In this document: positions 19,717-28,658 of the stretch, in pieces | Position numbering within the stretch: the first letter of the stretch is position 1 | Layout: each line of letters opens with the position of its first letter | NCBI GenBank assembly: GCA_041744215.1 | Contig: JBGTLG010000006.1 | Span: forward strand, 165,632-229,631 | DNA length: 64,000 nucleotides | DNA from: Fimbriimonadales bacterium | GTDB taxonomy: Bacteria; Armatimonadota; Fimbriimonadia; Fimbriimonadales; ATM1 | Direction of reading: 5' to 3' | Notes under the pieces: generated by a model | Databases searched by the model: none | Seen by the model: only the letters and a program-made list of their open reading frames with translations | Told to the model about the DNA's origin: nothing | Made by a program: the position numbers and the translations under genes

Positions 19717-20450
19717 TGCTCTCGCACCTCATCGCTAAGATACATCCAGTCCTTGAACGCCCAATTGGGATAGCGGCGCGTGACGCTCTTCAGGAACGCC
19801 CTCGGACTGAGGAGATCGGGCATGCGCGGTCTGCCGTGAAACTTCAGGATCATTCCCCCTTTCAACATCTCGGCGGCTTCTTGCGGCTTCCTGCGATGCA
19901 GCTTGAGCAGTGACTTGTAAGACAGGATGAAATCACTCGGGAAAAACTGCAGCTGGGATGTCAGACCCTTGCGCTTGATCACAGCGTCGATAAAGTTCTG
20001 ATCTCCAGGAAACTTCTCGTCAGCAAACTCATTTTCGCGATACGCTTGCCAAATGGTCTGCGACGTCTCGCTGCGCGTGATCCGCATCACGCATGAATTC
20101 AGAACATCGTAGTGCCAATCACGAACGGCGATCAGGTCTGCCGGCTCCTTTGCAGCGAAGTCAATGAGCCGCCGAAGATTCGACCTGATGACAAGAGACA
20201 CGTCAAAGTACAGGAATTCGCTTGATGGCATTTCGTCGATGTCAAAAAGCTTCACCTTGTTGAACCAACCAGAGTATCCCCATGAAGAACAGTCTGACTG
20301 CTTGATTGCTGAAGGCAAGTCACGATTCCGATCTGTAAAGCATGTCAGCTGAAATGGCTCATCGACCTGCCTTGAAAGCATGTTGAACAGCCTTTCTACG
20401 TAAAGGTCCGGAAACTGATCACCGACGTTCAAGCAAACGACTTCAAGCAT
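19707..20450 (-). CDS. Putative GT-A glycosyltransferase (uncharacterised family)
   Basis: VVCL..G..F...YVERL..ML, CFTD, WFNK, NSCVM, GDQ, FHGRP; located in the LPS operon. Confidence 0.7.
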   Translation of the reverse strand: MLEVVCLNVGDQFPDLYVERLFNMLSRQVDEPFQLTCFTDRNRDLPSAIKQSDCSSWGYSGWFNKVKLFDIDEMPSSEFLYFDVSLVIRSNLRRLIDFAAKEPADLIAVRDWHYDVLNSCVMRITRSETSQTIWQAYRENEFADEKFPGDQNFIDAVIKRKGLTSQLQFFPSDFILSYKSLLKLHRRKPQEAAEMLKGGMILKFHGRPRMPDLLSPRAFLKSVTRRYPNWAFKDWMYLSDEVREHWR

Positions 20451-20453
20451 ATA

Positions 20454-21377
20454 TCACGCGTCCAGCAACCCCTGATTTCGCGCGGCCTTCCATCTGTCGT
20501 GCATCCATAGCCACTGCTCGGGATGCTTCCGAACGGCATTCTCAATCATCTCATTGATTGCCGCTGTAATGCGTCGAACATCCTCGTCCTTATCCCCAGT
20601 TGCCTCTGGAATCTCTAGTTTGACGATCTCTCCATGATAACGTCCGTCCGGCTTTTCAGAGCAGAAAGTTCCGATGATGGGCGCGCCGGTTCGCAGGTGA
20701 AACACAGCGGGCCCGGTCACGGTGCCTGCAAGCTTTCCAAAGAATGGAACAAACACTTCGTTTGAGTTTTGATCTGGCAGTATTCCGACACACTCGTTGT
20801 TCTTTAGCCTTGTAATGATCTCTCTTGCGGCGCTTCCGCGCGAGAAAACCTCTACTCCCTGCGCGTTCCGTTTGCGATTGATGAGTGCATTGGCCTCAGC
20901 GTCGTTCGCGTCTCGAGCAACGACGCTTACCTTGTATCCCTTCAATGCCAGATAGTGGACACCGCGCTCCCAGTTTCCAAAGTGGGCGGAAACCATGAGG
21001 ACGCCCTTGCCAAGAGCGAGCGCTTCGTCGAGATGCTCGATTCCGTGCGGGTCAATACTAGACAGCACTTCCTCATCCGAAGTACGAACACCGCGCAGAA
21101 AGCGCATCGCGGTCTTTCCAAAGTGCTCGAAGACTCGCTTTGCAGTCCGCGTGACTTGCTCGTCGGACCAATCCGGGTAGCACATCCGCAAGTTCGACTC
21201 GGTGCGCTCGCGGTGCTTTCGGCTGATTAGGCGACCTAATCGACCGAGCCACATCCCCCAGCGATCAGTCCAGCGCTGTGGAAACTTCTCTGCAAGCCAC
21301 GTACCGAACGCGACGACGCATCCGCCCGCGCGATAGGTTGCACGTCGCTTTAGGCTCCTACCAGTTTTCTGAGCCAT
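20454..21377 (-). CDS. lpxL: Lipid A late acyltransferase (LpxL/HtrB family)
   Basis: SAHFGNWE, LPDQ, VPFFG, PEQWLWMHDRWK. Confidence 0.88.
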   Translation of the reverse strand: MAQKTGRSLKRRATYRAGGCVVAFGTWLAEKFPQRWTDRWGMWLGRLGRLISRKHRERTESNLRMCYPDWSDEQVTRTAKRVFEHFGKTAMRFLRGVRTSDEEVLSSIDPHGIEHLDEALALGKGVLMVSAHFGNWERGVHYLALKGYKVSVVARDANDAEANALINRKRNAQGVEVFSRGSAAREIITRLKNNECVGILPDQNSNEVFVPFFGKLAGTVTGPAVFHLRTGAPIIGTFCSEKPDGRYHGEIVKLEIPEATGDKDEDVRRITAAINEMIENAVRKHPEQWLWMHDRWKAARNQGLLDA

Positions 21378-22339
21378 TCGGCGAGCTTCTCCTCTTCGGT
21401 GAATTCAATGTCCATTTGGAGCGCATAGATTTCGGGATTTGCGGGGGCGCGGCCACGCAGTTTAACAGCATCCTTCTCTGTGACGATCCAAGGAGCGCCG
21501 GGTGGCAGATCTCGATCGAGCGGATCGTGGTCTGCCAGCGCAACCTCGTCGACCAAACGAGCGCCGAGTTTCCGCAAAGTCTCGAAGAACGCTCGCGGGC
21601 GGCCAATTGCGCAGAGCGCACGCAATTCTCGTCCTGCCAGCCACTCTACGGGTAGCTGTTCACCGGTTAGAGACACGAGACCCGTGAATACCCGGCGCAA
21701 GCGGAACGCCGCCATGTCATAAGGCGGATCTCCGTCGTCGCCGATCAGCACGGCGGTTGCACGTTTCGCGCCGAGCGTCGGCTCGCGCATCGGCCCGGCT
21801 GGAAGGCACCGCCGATTTGGACCGTCGGGGTCCCATAGCAGAAGGTCGGCGACTCTGCCGAGCGGCAGGTGCTGGAACCCGTCATCCAGGACAAGCGCGC
21901 CGAGCCCTTCTTTCTCCGCGATCTGTGCGGCAAGCACACGCCTCCTGCCCACGATCAGCGGAAGGTCCGGGAGCTTCGAGCGGATCAGCGAGGGCTCGTC
22001 TCCCCACTCGCGGGGCGAGAGCGGGCCCGCGGGCGCAAGCTGCGCGGCTTGGGCAGCAGGGCTGCCGTAGCCACTGGCGCTGACTCCGACCCTAACGCCT
22101 TCGCGTTCGAAGAGGCGCGCGATCGCGATCGCACAAGGGGTTTTGCCGAGCCCGCCGACCTCCAGGTTTCCGACCCCAATGACAGGGATCGATGGGGAGA
22201 ATCGCTTCTTCAGGCCGAGAGCGTAAACGCTCGAATATGTGAGCCAGCCGAGCGCATAGAGGTAGGAAACGGGCAGCAGCGCTGCGGAGAGCGCGCGGTC
22301 CGTCGGAGTCCGCAATTCCCACACGCGCTGCAATACCAC
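21350..22339 (-). CDS. lpxK: Tetraacyldisaccharide 4'-kinase
   Basis: VGNLEVGGLGKTP, GDEP, LDDGFQH, LPAGPMRE, TEKDAVK. Confidence 0.95.
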   Translation of the reverse strand: MVLQRVWELRTPTDRALSAALLPVSYLYALGWLTYSSVYALGLKKRFSPSIPVIGVGNLEVGGLGKTPCAIAIARLFEREGVRVGVSASGYGSPAAQAAQLAPAGPLSPREWGDEPSLIRSKLPDLPLIVGRRRVLAAQIAEKEGLGALVLDDGFQHLPLGRVADLLLWDPDGPNRRCLPAGPMREPTLGAKRATAVLIGDDGDPPYDMAAFRLRRVFTGLVSLTGEQLPVEWLAGRELRALCAIGRPRAFFETLRKLGARLVDEVALADHDPLDRDLPPGAPWIVTEKDAVKLRGRAPANPEIYALQMDIEFTEEEKLAEWLRKLVGA

Positions 22340-22377
22340 GCCCGATTATGACGTCGGGTACAGTTGCGCCCGTTCTC

Positions 22378-22452
22378 GAGCCGGTAGCTCAGCGGTAGAG
22401 CAACGGCCTTTTAAGCCGTGGGTCGAGGGTTCGATCCCCTCCCGGCTCACCA
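22378..22452 (+). tRNA. tRNA-Lys (anticodon TTT)
   Basis: GAGCCGG/CCGGCTC acceptor stem, ACGGC-CTTTTAA-GCCGT, GTTCGA, encoded CCA. Confidence 0.97.
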
Positions 22453-23463
22453 TTCTCTCGGAAGTCTTCCTTCTGCGAACAAGACCGGGAAACCGCCGGT
22501 GTGCCAAAAAAGCGTGCGGCCTGGCAGTTCGCCGGCACGTGCCAAGCCCAGCAGGCCCGCGAAAGCTTTTCCGGTGTAAACCGGATCGAGGAAGATTCCT
22601 TCGGTGTCGATCAGCGTTTGCATCGCGTCTTGTGTTTCTTTCGACGGGACTTGGTATCCGCCGCCGCAGTAGTCGGTCGTCAGCCAAAAGTCCTCGGGCT
22701 TAAGGTCTAGCGATTCGCCGAGGAGATCGTCGAGGCCCTTGGCGAGGGCGGCGAAGTCGTCGACCATCTCTGGTTCATCGTCGGTGCAGATGCCGAGCAT
22801 TCGCGTTTTCAATCTTTTCAATCGACCGCCATAGGTCAATCCGGTTTGCGTTCCGCCGGAACCGCTGCCGAAAACGATTTGGTCGAACTCGGGTTGCTGT
22901 TCGCCGATTTCATCGAGGGCGGCGATGAAACCTTGCGCGCCGACGGGCGTGCTTCCGCCGCCAGGGATCGAGAAGACGCTGCGGCCTTTTGCTCTCAGAT
23001 CGTCGGCGATCTTTTGGGCTTCGACTTCGACCTGATCGAAGGTCATGTCGGGCAGGAGGTGAACCTTCGCTTGCGTCCATTTGTTGAGCACGGCGTTTCC
23101 TGTCCACTGGTTTGCATCGGGCCAGTTTTGCGGGCGGGTTTTGCGCGCTTCGTCGGGATACGGCCACATCGCGGCGGCGGCGTGGAACTCGATTCCGTGG
23201 ATTCGGGCGGCGGCGGCGCACTGGCGGATCCAGTTGCTTTGCCACGCGCCTCGCGTGACGATTGTGTTTGCGCCTTGGCGGAGGGCTTCGGCGATTAGGA
23301 ACTCGAGTTTGCGGCCTTTGTTTCCTCCGCCGGCGAATCCGGTCAGGTCGTCTCGTTTGATCCAGATGTCGGCGCGGAGCTGGTCGGAGAGGCGGTCGAG
23401 GCGGTGGAGCGGAGTTGGCGAACAGATGAGGGGGGTGCGTTCGGTCACGGGGAGAGTATGCAC
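22447..23463 (-). CDS. dcyD: D-cysteine desulfhydrase family PLP enzyme
   Basis: KRDDLTG..GGNKGRKLE; LDPVYTGK and HTGG (Thr/Thr type, not the Glu/Leu of ACC deaminase). Confidence 0.85.
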   Translation of the reverse strand: MHTLPVTERTPLICSPTPLHRLDRLSDQLRADIWIKRDDLTGFAGGGNKGRKLEFLIAEALRQGANTIVTRGAWQSNWIRQCAAAARIHGIEFHAAAAMWPYPDEARKTRPQNWPDANQWTGNAVLNKWTQAKVHLLPDMTFDQVEVEAQKIADDLRAKGRSVFSIPGGGSTPVGAQGFIAALDEIGEQQPEFDQIVFGSGSGGTQTGLTYGGRLKRLKTRMLGICTDDEPEMVDDFAALAKGLDDLLGESLDLKPEDFWLTTDYCGGGYQVPSKETQDAMQTLIDTEGIFLDPVYTGKAFAGLLGLARAGELPGRTLFWHTGGFPVLFAEGRLPREW

Positions 23464-23493
23464 GGCTACCCGCTCCGCGATTTCATCTGGTTT

Positions 23494-23568
23494 GGTTGAC
23501 GGTGGTGTGTTGACGGCTCATCGCCCTCACCAGACTCATCGGACTCACCACTGTTTATTATTGTTAAC
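23494..23568. repeat. Cluster of short repeats (2x GTTGACGG, 4 tandem CTCAYCR 9-mers) followed by an AT-rich tract
   Basis: CTCATCGCC CTCACCAGA CTCATCGGA CTCACCACT at 23517-23552, then GTTTATTATTGTTAAC. Confidence 0.75.
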
Positions 23569-23885
23569 ACGTTTCGTTGAACTCAGTCGCTGGAGGGAAT
23601 CTGCGGAGGGTTTGTCGGCGCGTTAGACGTTTTGATGCAAGAGCTCTGCGGGTTAAGTCTTGGGAGGGCGATAAGTCAACCTGTTGCGGCGCAACCAATC
23701 ACGCCGGCCGATCGTCGGTGCTACTTCGTGCCGTTCACGGACAGATTCTTTGGGAGCAGTGCGCTTTTGAAGTTTGCTGAAAATCTGTTCGTGGCACCCG
23801 TCGCTTACGTTACGAATTGGAAGGACTCAGGGGCAAGTCCGCGATCGTGGGCAACCGTACATCGGAGCTAATCCCACGAGACTTG

Positions 23886-25245
23886 AAGGCTGTCGCAATG
23901 GGTTTGTTTCTGAGCTGTGGCTGCGGCTCTTGCTTTGAGGGTTGAAATTCGGAGGGATTGGCGGTGTCTCAAGTCGTCGCGTGCGAAGTGTCTTCGCCTT
24001 AGATCAGCGCGTTTAGGTTGTATCCGAGAGCGATGATTCCGAGTTCGATGGCTGCGCCGGACATTCCGCGCAACACAAATCGGCGGAATCCTTGGTTTCC
24101 TTTTAGCTGCCCGAATATCCGCTCTATCGTCGGGCCGCGAAGACGAACAAGTCGTCTTCCTTCTTCTGTTTCACAGTTTTCGTTTCCAGCGAATCGCGAC
24201 TCAAGCGAAACTCCGAATGGTACGAGGAAGTCCCTAGATTTTCCCTTGATTCCGCAAGCTGTTTTCATCGCACACTTCGCGCATTTCTTCACGCGAAACA
24301 ATTGCGCCGGAGAGCGGCGCGAGTCCGGCTTGCTCATCTTCGTTGCAACGTGACCGGCGGGACAAACGACCTGCCCGTTTCCATTCAGTCGAAACGGCGG
24401 ACGCTTGCGATCCGATCTGGGAATGAACGGCTTGACACCCGACTCATAGACGGCTTGAGTGTTTCGCGGAGTGTCGTAACCCCTGTCGGCAACAGCTTGT
24501 TCAGGCAATTGGCCGGATTGCCTTTCGACGGCGGCCAAGACATCCGGCATCTGGTTCATGTCGTTCTCCGAGTTCGTCGCCACATAGCCCACGATCATCC
24601 CCGACTTCATATCGGCTGCCACTTGAAGGTTGTAACCGATCACCCAACGGTTTCCCGTTAGCATTGTTTTGGCCTCTTCTTCCCAAAGATCTATCTCTTC
24701 CGCTTCCCGAAGCGCTCGTTGCCACTGCGACCTGACAGCAGCCACCTTCGTTCCGTCCACCACCATCGTTTTGTGCTCCAAGATTCCTCGCCTTTTCGCT
24801 TCTTCGCACACGAGCAGGAATAAATCCTCGAGTTCGCCCTGAGTCTTGCGCCTAAAACGCGCCAAGGTCGCGTGATCCGGCTCCAACCCGTCTGAAAGAT
24901 ACTCGTAACGTCGGTCGAATCTGCAAGCCTCCTCCAAACGCCGCGAACTCCGCACGCCCTGCATGTAACCGAAAAGCAACACGAGAAACAAACTGCAGGG
25001 ATCGTAACTGTATCCACCCTGTTTGCTGCCCATCTCGCGCAACCGCGCACCGAGCAAATCCTCAACAACATGCCTCAGTCGCACGAGAGTGGGTGAGCGC
25101 TCTTGCATCGTGCGTTCTAACAGAAGCGGCTGAACGGCAGTTGATCCGGGACCGCTCAAAAAAGCAGCGACAGATCTTCGATTGTGACGTGCCATGAAAT
25201 AGAGACGAAATCACACCCAAACAAGCATCCCCGCGCGACAGCCTT
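23886..25245 (-). mobile_element. IS1182-family insertion sequence, 1360 bp, apparently intact
   Basis: TIRs AAGGCTGTCGC (23886-23896) and GCGACAGCCTT (25235-25245); 4-bp target duplication CTTG at 23882-23885 and 25246-25249. Confidence 0.9.
23999..25108 (-). CDS. IS1182-family DDE transposase
   Basis: YDP..L..VLLFGY..GVRSSRRLE, PDHATLARFR, VDGTK, GYNLQ, ADRGY, IERIFGQLK; start near MQERSP. Confidence 0.92.
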   Translation of the reverse strand: MQERSPTLVRLRHVVEDLLGARLREMGSKQGGYSYDPCSLFLVLLFGYMQGVRSSRRLEEACRFDRRYEYLSDGLEPDHATLARFRRKTQGELEDLFLLVCEEAKRRGILEHKTMVVDGTKVAAVRSQWQRALREAEEIDLWEEEAKTMLTGNRWVIGYNLQVAADMKSGMIVGYVATNSENDMNQMPDVLAAVERQSGQLPEQAVADRGYDTPRNTQAVYESGVKPFIPRSDRKRPPFRLNGNGQVVCPAGHVATKMSKPDSRRSPAQLFRVKKCAKCAMKTACGIKGKSRDFLVPFGVSLESRFAGNENCETEEGRRLVRLRGPTIERIFGQLKGNQGFRRFVLRGMSGAAIELGIIALGYNLNALI

Positions 25246-25514
25246 CTTGCCCCAGCCACCCCGGCAGAGCAGTTCTCCCCAGCAGCCAGCGTCACATCGA
25301 TTTAGCAACCTTAGGTGAACCAAACTACGTCTGCATGGAGCTGTCGGTTGTAAATGGGCTCACGCGTCGTCACGCGATTTGACGGTCACCCATGGCACCC
25401 AGTTTTGTACCTGATAGAATTGACTGTTCACCCCGATTGTTCTGACAGGTGCTCGTGGTATCCGCCCACTGGCCACATGAAACTCTGTCTGGCTGCCTGG
25501 CCCATACTGCTTTC

Positions 25515-26849
25515 GTGCCTGTCAGGTTATCTCAGTGGATTGACGCCGTGTACACATCGTTCTGGTTCGTGCCCGGCATCATGCTCCTTGGCTCAATGGG
25601 TGCGGCCTGGGCGACGCTGACGATGGATCGCTCGTTTGGCGAGGCTGCTGCAGAGAGCGTTCCCATCCTGTTTACCGGCTCTCCGGCCGGCGCGCGACTG
25701 ATCCTCTCGACGATTGCGGGCTCGATGATTACTGTCGCCGGCGTCGTGTTCTCAATCACGATAGTGGCCCTCGCACTTGCGAGCTCCCAATATGGCCCGA
25801 GGCTCTTGCGGGGGTACATGCAGGATCGGGCGAACCACTATGTGCTGGGGACATTTGTTAGCGCCTTCCTCTATTCGCTGCTTGTGTTGCGCTCGATACG
25901 CAGCGTGGAAGACGCGAATTTCGTGCCGCACATTTCTACCACGACCGCCGTCGGATTTGCGTTCGCTGGCATCAGCGTGCTCATCTTCTTCATCCACCAC
26001 ACAGCGCTCTCGATTCAGGCGAACGAAGTCATCACCAGGGTCTGGCGCCGGATTGAGTCTCGGCTGCCCAAGGCATTTCCACAGGACCTGCCGGACGACG
26101 CGTACCGTATGGATGGGTTCGAAGTCTCGCACGGCACGCAGAAGGAAATGCGAGCGGTGCCCGCTCCTCGGGACGGCTATCTTCAGGCGGTGGACGTTGA
26201 TGATCTGGCTGAGTTGGCCAGGCGGAAGAATGCGCTTGTCCAGCTCGAGTACAAACCGGGCGAATTCGTGACCAAAGAACTTCCGCTCGCCATGGTTTAT
26301 CCTGCGTCGGTTTTGGACGACGAAGACGTGCTGAATGACATCCTGGAGGAGTTCGCCATCGGCATCAACCGCACCGATGTGCAGGATGCTGAGTTCCTCA
26401 TTAACCAGCTCGTCGAGGTGGCCCTGCGTGCGCTCTCGTCCGGCATCAACGATCCTTTTACGGCGACGACCTGCATCGACTACCTGGGCTCGGCGATGTG
26501 CAGGCTCTGCGGGATGCGGCTTCCTGGGCCGTTCCGGACCGACGAGAAGGGTCGTTTGCTGCTCGTGCTCCGCTACCATACGTTCGCGGGCCTGATGAAC
26601 GGCGCTTTCGATCAGGTGCGCCAGGCGGCTCTTGGCAAACCCGACATTCTGATTCGGCTGCTTGAGGTGCTGGAGCGCATAGCCAAATGCGCGCGCAATT
26701 CGCAGTGCGAGACGGTCCTGCACCATGCGGAGATCGTGATGGAGACGGCTCGCAGAACAGTGGGAATCGAATCGGACCTCGCAGAAATCGAGACTCGATT
26801 TGAAGCGGTGGTCGAGGCGCTCAAGGGAGGGAACATTGGGAACGCATAA
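25515..26849 (+). CDS. DUF2254-type membrane protein
   Basis: SFWFVP, LSTIAGSMITVAGVVFSITIVAL..ASSQYGPRL, ALRALSSGINDPFTA; CATACT-6-GTG start. Confidence 0.85.
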   Translation: MPVRLSQWIDAVYTSFWFVPGIMLLGSMGAAWATLTMDRSFGEAAAESVPILFTGSPAGARLILSTIAGSMITVAGVVFSITIVALALASSQYGPRLLRGYMQDRANHYVLGTFVSAFLYSLLVLRSIRSVEDANFVPHISTTTAVGFAFAGISVLIFFIHHTALSIQANEVITRVWRRIESRLPKAFPQDLPDDAYRMDGFEVSHGTQKEMRAVPAPRDGYLQAVDVDDLAELARRKNALVQLEYKPGEFVTKELPLAMVYPASVLDDEDVLNDILEEFAIGINRTDVQDAEFLINQLVEVALRALSSGINDPFTATTCIDYLGSAMCRLCGMRLPGPFRTDEKGRLLLVLRYHTFAGLMNGAFDQVRQAALGKPDILIRLLEVLERIAKCARNSQCETVLHHAEIVMETARRTVGIESDLAEIETRFEAVVEALKGGNIGNA

Positions 26850-27009
26850 ACGCCGGATGTCAGGGGGGGGGGGTGATGTTTCGGTCGTACCACGGGTGAA
26901 TTCTGATTGTGCTGATTTGGGGATGTCGAATGCTAACGAATTCATCCATGGCACCCACGACGGAAACCTCAGCCCGGCCACGCCCGCCGTTGTTGCTGCT
27001 GCCATCTTT

Positions 27010-27747
27010 TTAACCGGTGCGGTGCGAATGATTCCTTTGGCCACCTGCCGCGGGCTTGGCTTTTGGAAGCTGATCGCGCAGGAGAGTCCACATTTCTTGC
27101 TCCGCATCGCTTGTGGATGCGATTACTTCATCCAACAGCTTGATCGCGCCATCGCGCAACTCCGCTCTGCGCTCGGTTGCGTCGTACAGCAGACCCACAG
27201 TGACCGACCTGATTGAGGCATCCTCGCTCTGCAGCAGCTTGCGCGCAAGGCCCAGTGGGTCTGCCGAGGCGTCGCCTGCCTTCAGATCGCTGATTGCAAC
27301 ATCCGCTTGCGTGTTTGCATTGGCGTGAGCGATTAGTTTGTCGTCATCTTGTGTCAGTTGGAACAGGCCGGAAACGTTCCCGAAGGCCACGATCCAGAAC
27401 GGCTTCCACTCGCGGGTTGCGGTCTCGATCATTTCCCGCATCCGTTCTTGGGCATATCGTCGTTCCGCGTCGCCAAGTTTGGACGCCGGCGCCAAGACAG
27501 CCAAGCCGCGGGCCTGAACACCAACGTCGGGATTTGTGAGCAGTTCGCTCACAAACTGCTTCGCGCTCTCGTCCATGTGTCCGGCTTGGAGGATACGTTC
27601 AATCTCAGAATTCACTTTTTGCCTGAGATCTTCGTTATCTGCTGCTATAGGAGCTTGGACATCTGCGGCTTTTTCGGGCGTGCCCGTTGCGCATGCTGCA
27701 CAAAGCACGAGCGCAGCGAGAATTGCGATAGAGATTTTTCTGTTCAT
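27010..27747 (-). CDS. Hypothetical lipoprotein, helical/HEAT-like
   Basis: MNRKISIAILAALVLCAAC lipoprotein-like signal; helical repeats. Confidence 0.65.
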   Translation of the reverse strand: MNRKISIAILAALVLCAACATGTPEKAADVQAPIAADNEDLRQKVNSEIERILQAGHMDESAKQFVSELLTNPDVGVQARGLAVLAPASKLGDAERRYAQERMREMIETATREWKPFWIVAFGNVSGLFQLTQDDDKLIAHANANTQADVAISDLKAGDASADPLGLARKLLQSEDASIRSVTVGLLYDATERRAELRDGAIKLLDEVIASTSDAEQEMWTLLRDQLPKAKPAAGGQRNHSHRTG

Positions 27748-27811
27748 ACAGTCGCCCATATTGTTTGGACAGCGACCGGATCCGGCGGTGTCTCAGCAGT
27801 CTTTGGTTTAA

Positions 27812-27874
27812 GGTATGCGAACATCAGACTTTTCAATGTACCTCTACCCGTTCATGGCGAGTGGAGGGATAGAA
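27812..27874. repeat. 63-bp direct repeat, copy 1 (internal hairpin)
   Basis: 60/63 identical to 29311-29373; CCTCTACCCG-ttcatgg-CGAGTGGAGG stem-loop. Confidence 0.95.
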
Positions 27875-27875
27875 A

Positions 27876-28508
27876 CTAGGCCACCCGCCGACGGCGGCGG
27901 AGCAGATAGACCAGGCAGAAAGAAAACCCGAACACTGAAGCGGGTTCTGGAACAACCTCATAGTAAACTGTTCCATTCCATACTCGAGGCGAGACAACGT
28001 TGCCGGTGAATAAGTCGTCAGTGTACGAACCTAAGGACAGTGAAATGTCCTCATTGGAGTAGATCTGATTTGTTCCGTCGCCGACCGTGAAAAAGTGTTT
28101 GGCAGGCGGTGTCTCCGAGGTGCGCAGAGTCAATGCGAATCCGAAGATTGTATTCGCTTTTAAGTGAAAGGGCGTGTTCACAACAACTCGGCTGGGCGAA
28201 TCTGGACCGGCAAGAATTCCGCTTCCCCTTGTGCGAAATGTCCACATAGATACAGTGTGCTCGTTGCCAACATGGGACCCTTCCATCGTGTACGCAAGAA
28301 ATCCGAACTGCTGCCAATTCGATTGGGCGTTAACATCGAATCCCGTAACGGCGATAGGATTATTCCCAACAGTCACATCGAAGTATATGGCGCCTGTGTT
28401 ACTCCCGATCTCCTCTCCAGCGTACAGCGTGGTTATCGAGGCAGCTTCTGGAAACTGCGCAAGTATTGTCAGTACGGACAGTGTCAATAGCGGTCTAAGC
28501 GATTTCAT
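27876..28508 (-). CDS. PEP-CTERM exosortase substrate protein
   Basis: Signal peptide; C-terminal VPEPAS + TM + RRRRR. Confidence 0.9.
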   Translation of the reverse strand: MKSLRPLLTLSVLTILAQFPEAASITTLYAGEEIGSNTGAIYFDVTVGNNPIAVTGFDVNAQSNWQQFGFLAYTMEGSHVGNEHTVSMWTFRTRGSGILAGPDSPSRVVVNTPFHLKANTIFGFALTLRTSETPPAKHFFTVGDGTNQIYSNEDISLSLGSYTDDLFTGNVVSPRVWNGTVYYEVVPEPASVFGFSFCLVYLLRRRRRVA

Positions 28509-28658
28509 TTTGAGCTAACTCCTCGAATCGGCGAAGATTGCGTTTCAAGAATAACACCTGGAGGGGAGCAGGTGTTTCGAAGAGCGATGGGGTGGGTTTG
28601 GCGGATCGACGGTGTTGCAGTTCGGTCATGACAGATCGCAATCGTCCCTTCGTTAGTA

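Noticed and set aside
22447-23463. ACC deaminase call
   Set aside because: Has YTGK and HTGG rather than the diagnostic YEGK and HLGG
23654-23681. dif-like half site ATAAGTCAACC
   Set aside because: Only the XerD-like arm resembles dif, the XerC arm does not, and gene orientation diverges here rather than converging
26863-26900. GGGGGTGA resembling a tmRNA 5' end
   Set aside because: No matching T-arm/CCA 3' end or tag ORF at the expected distance
25752-27107. 451-aa minus-strand ORF
   Set aside because: Antisense to the well-supported DUF2254 gene, with no recognisable motifs
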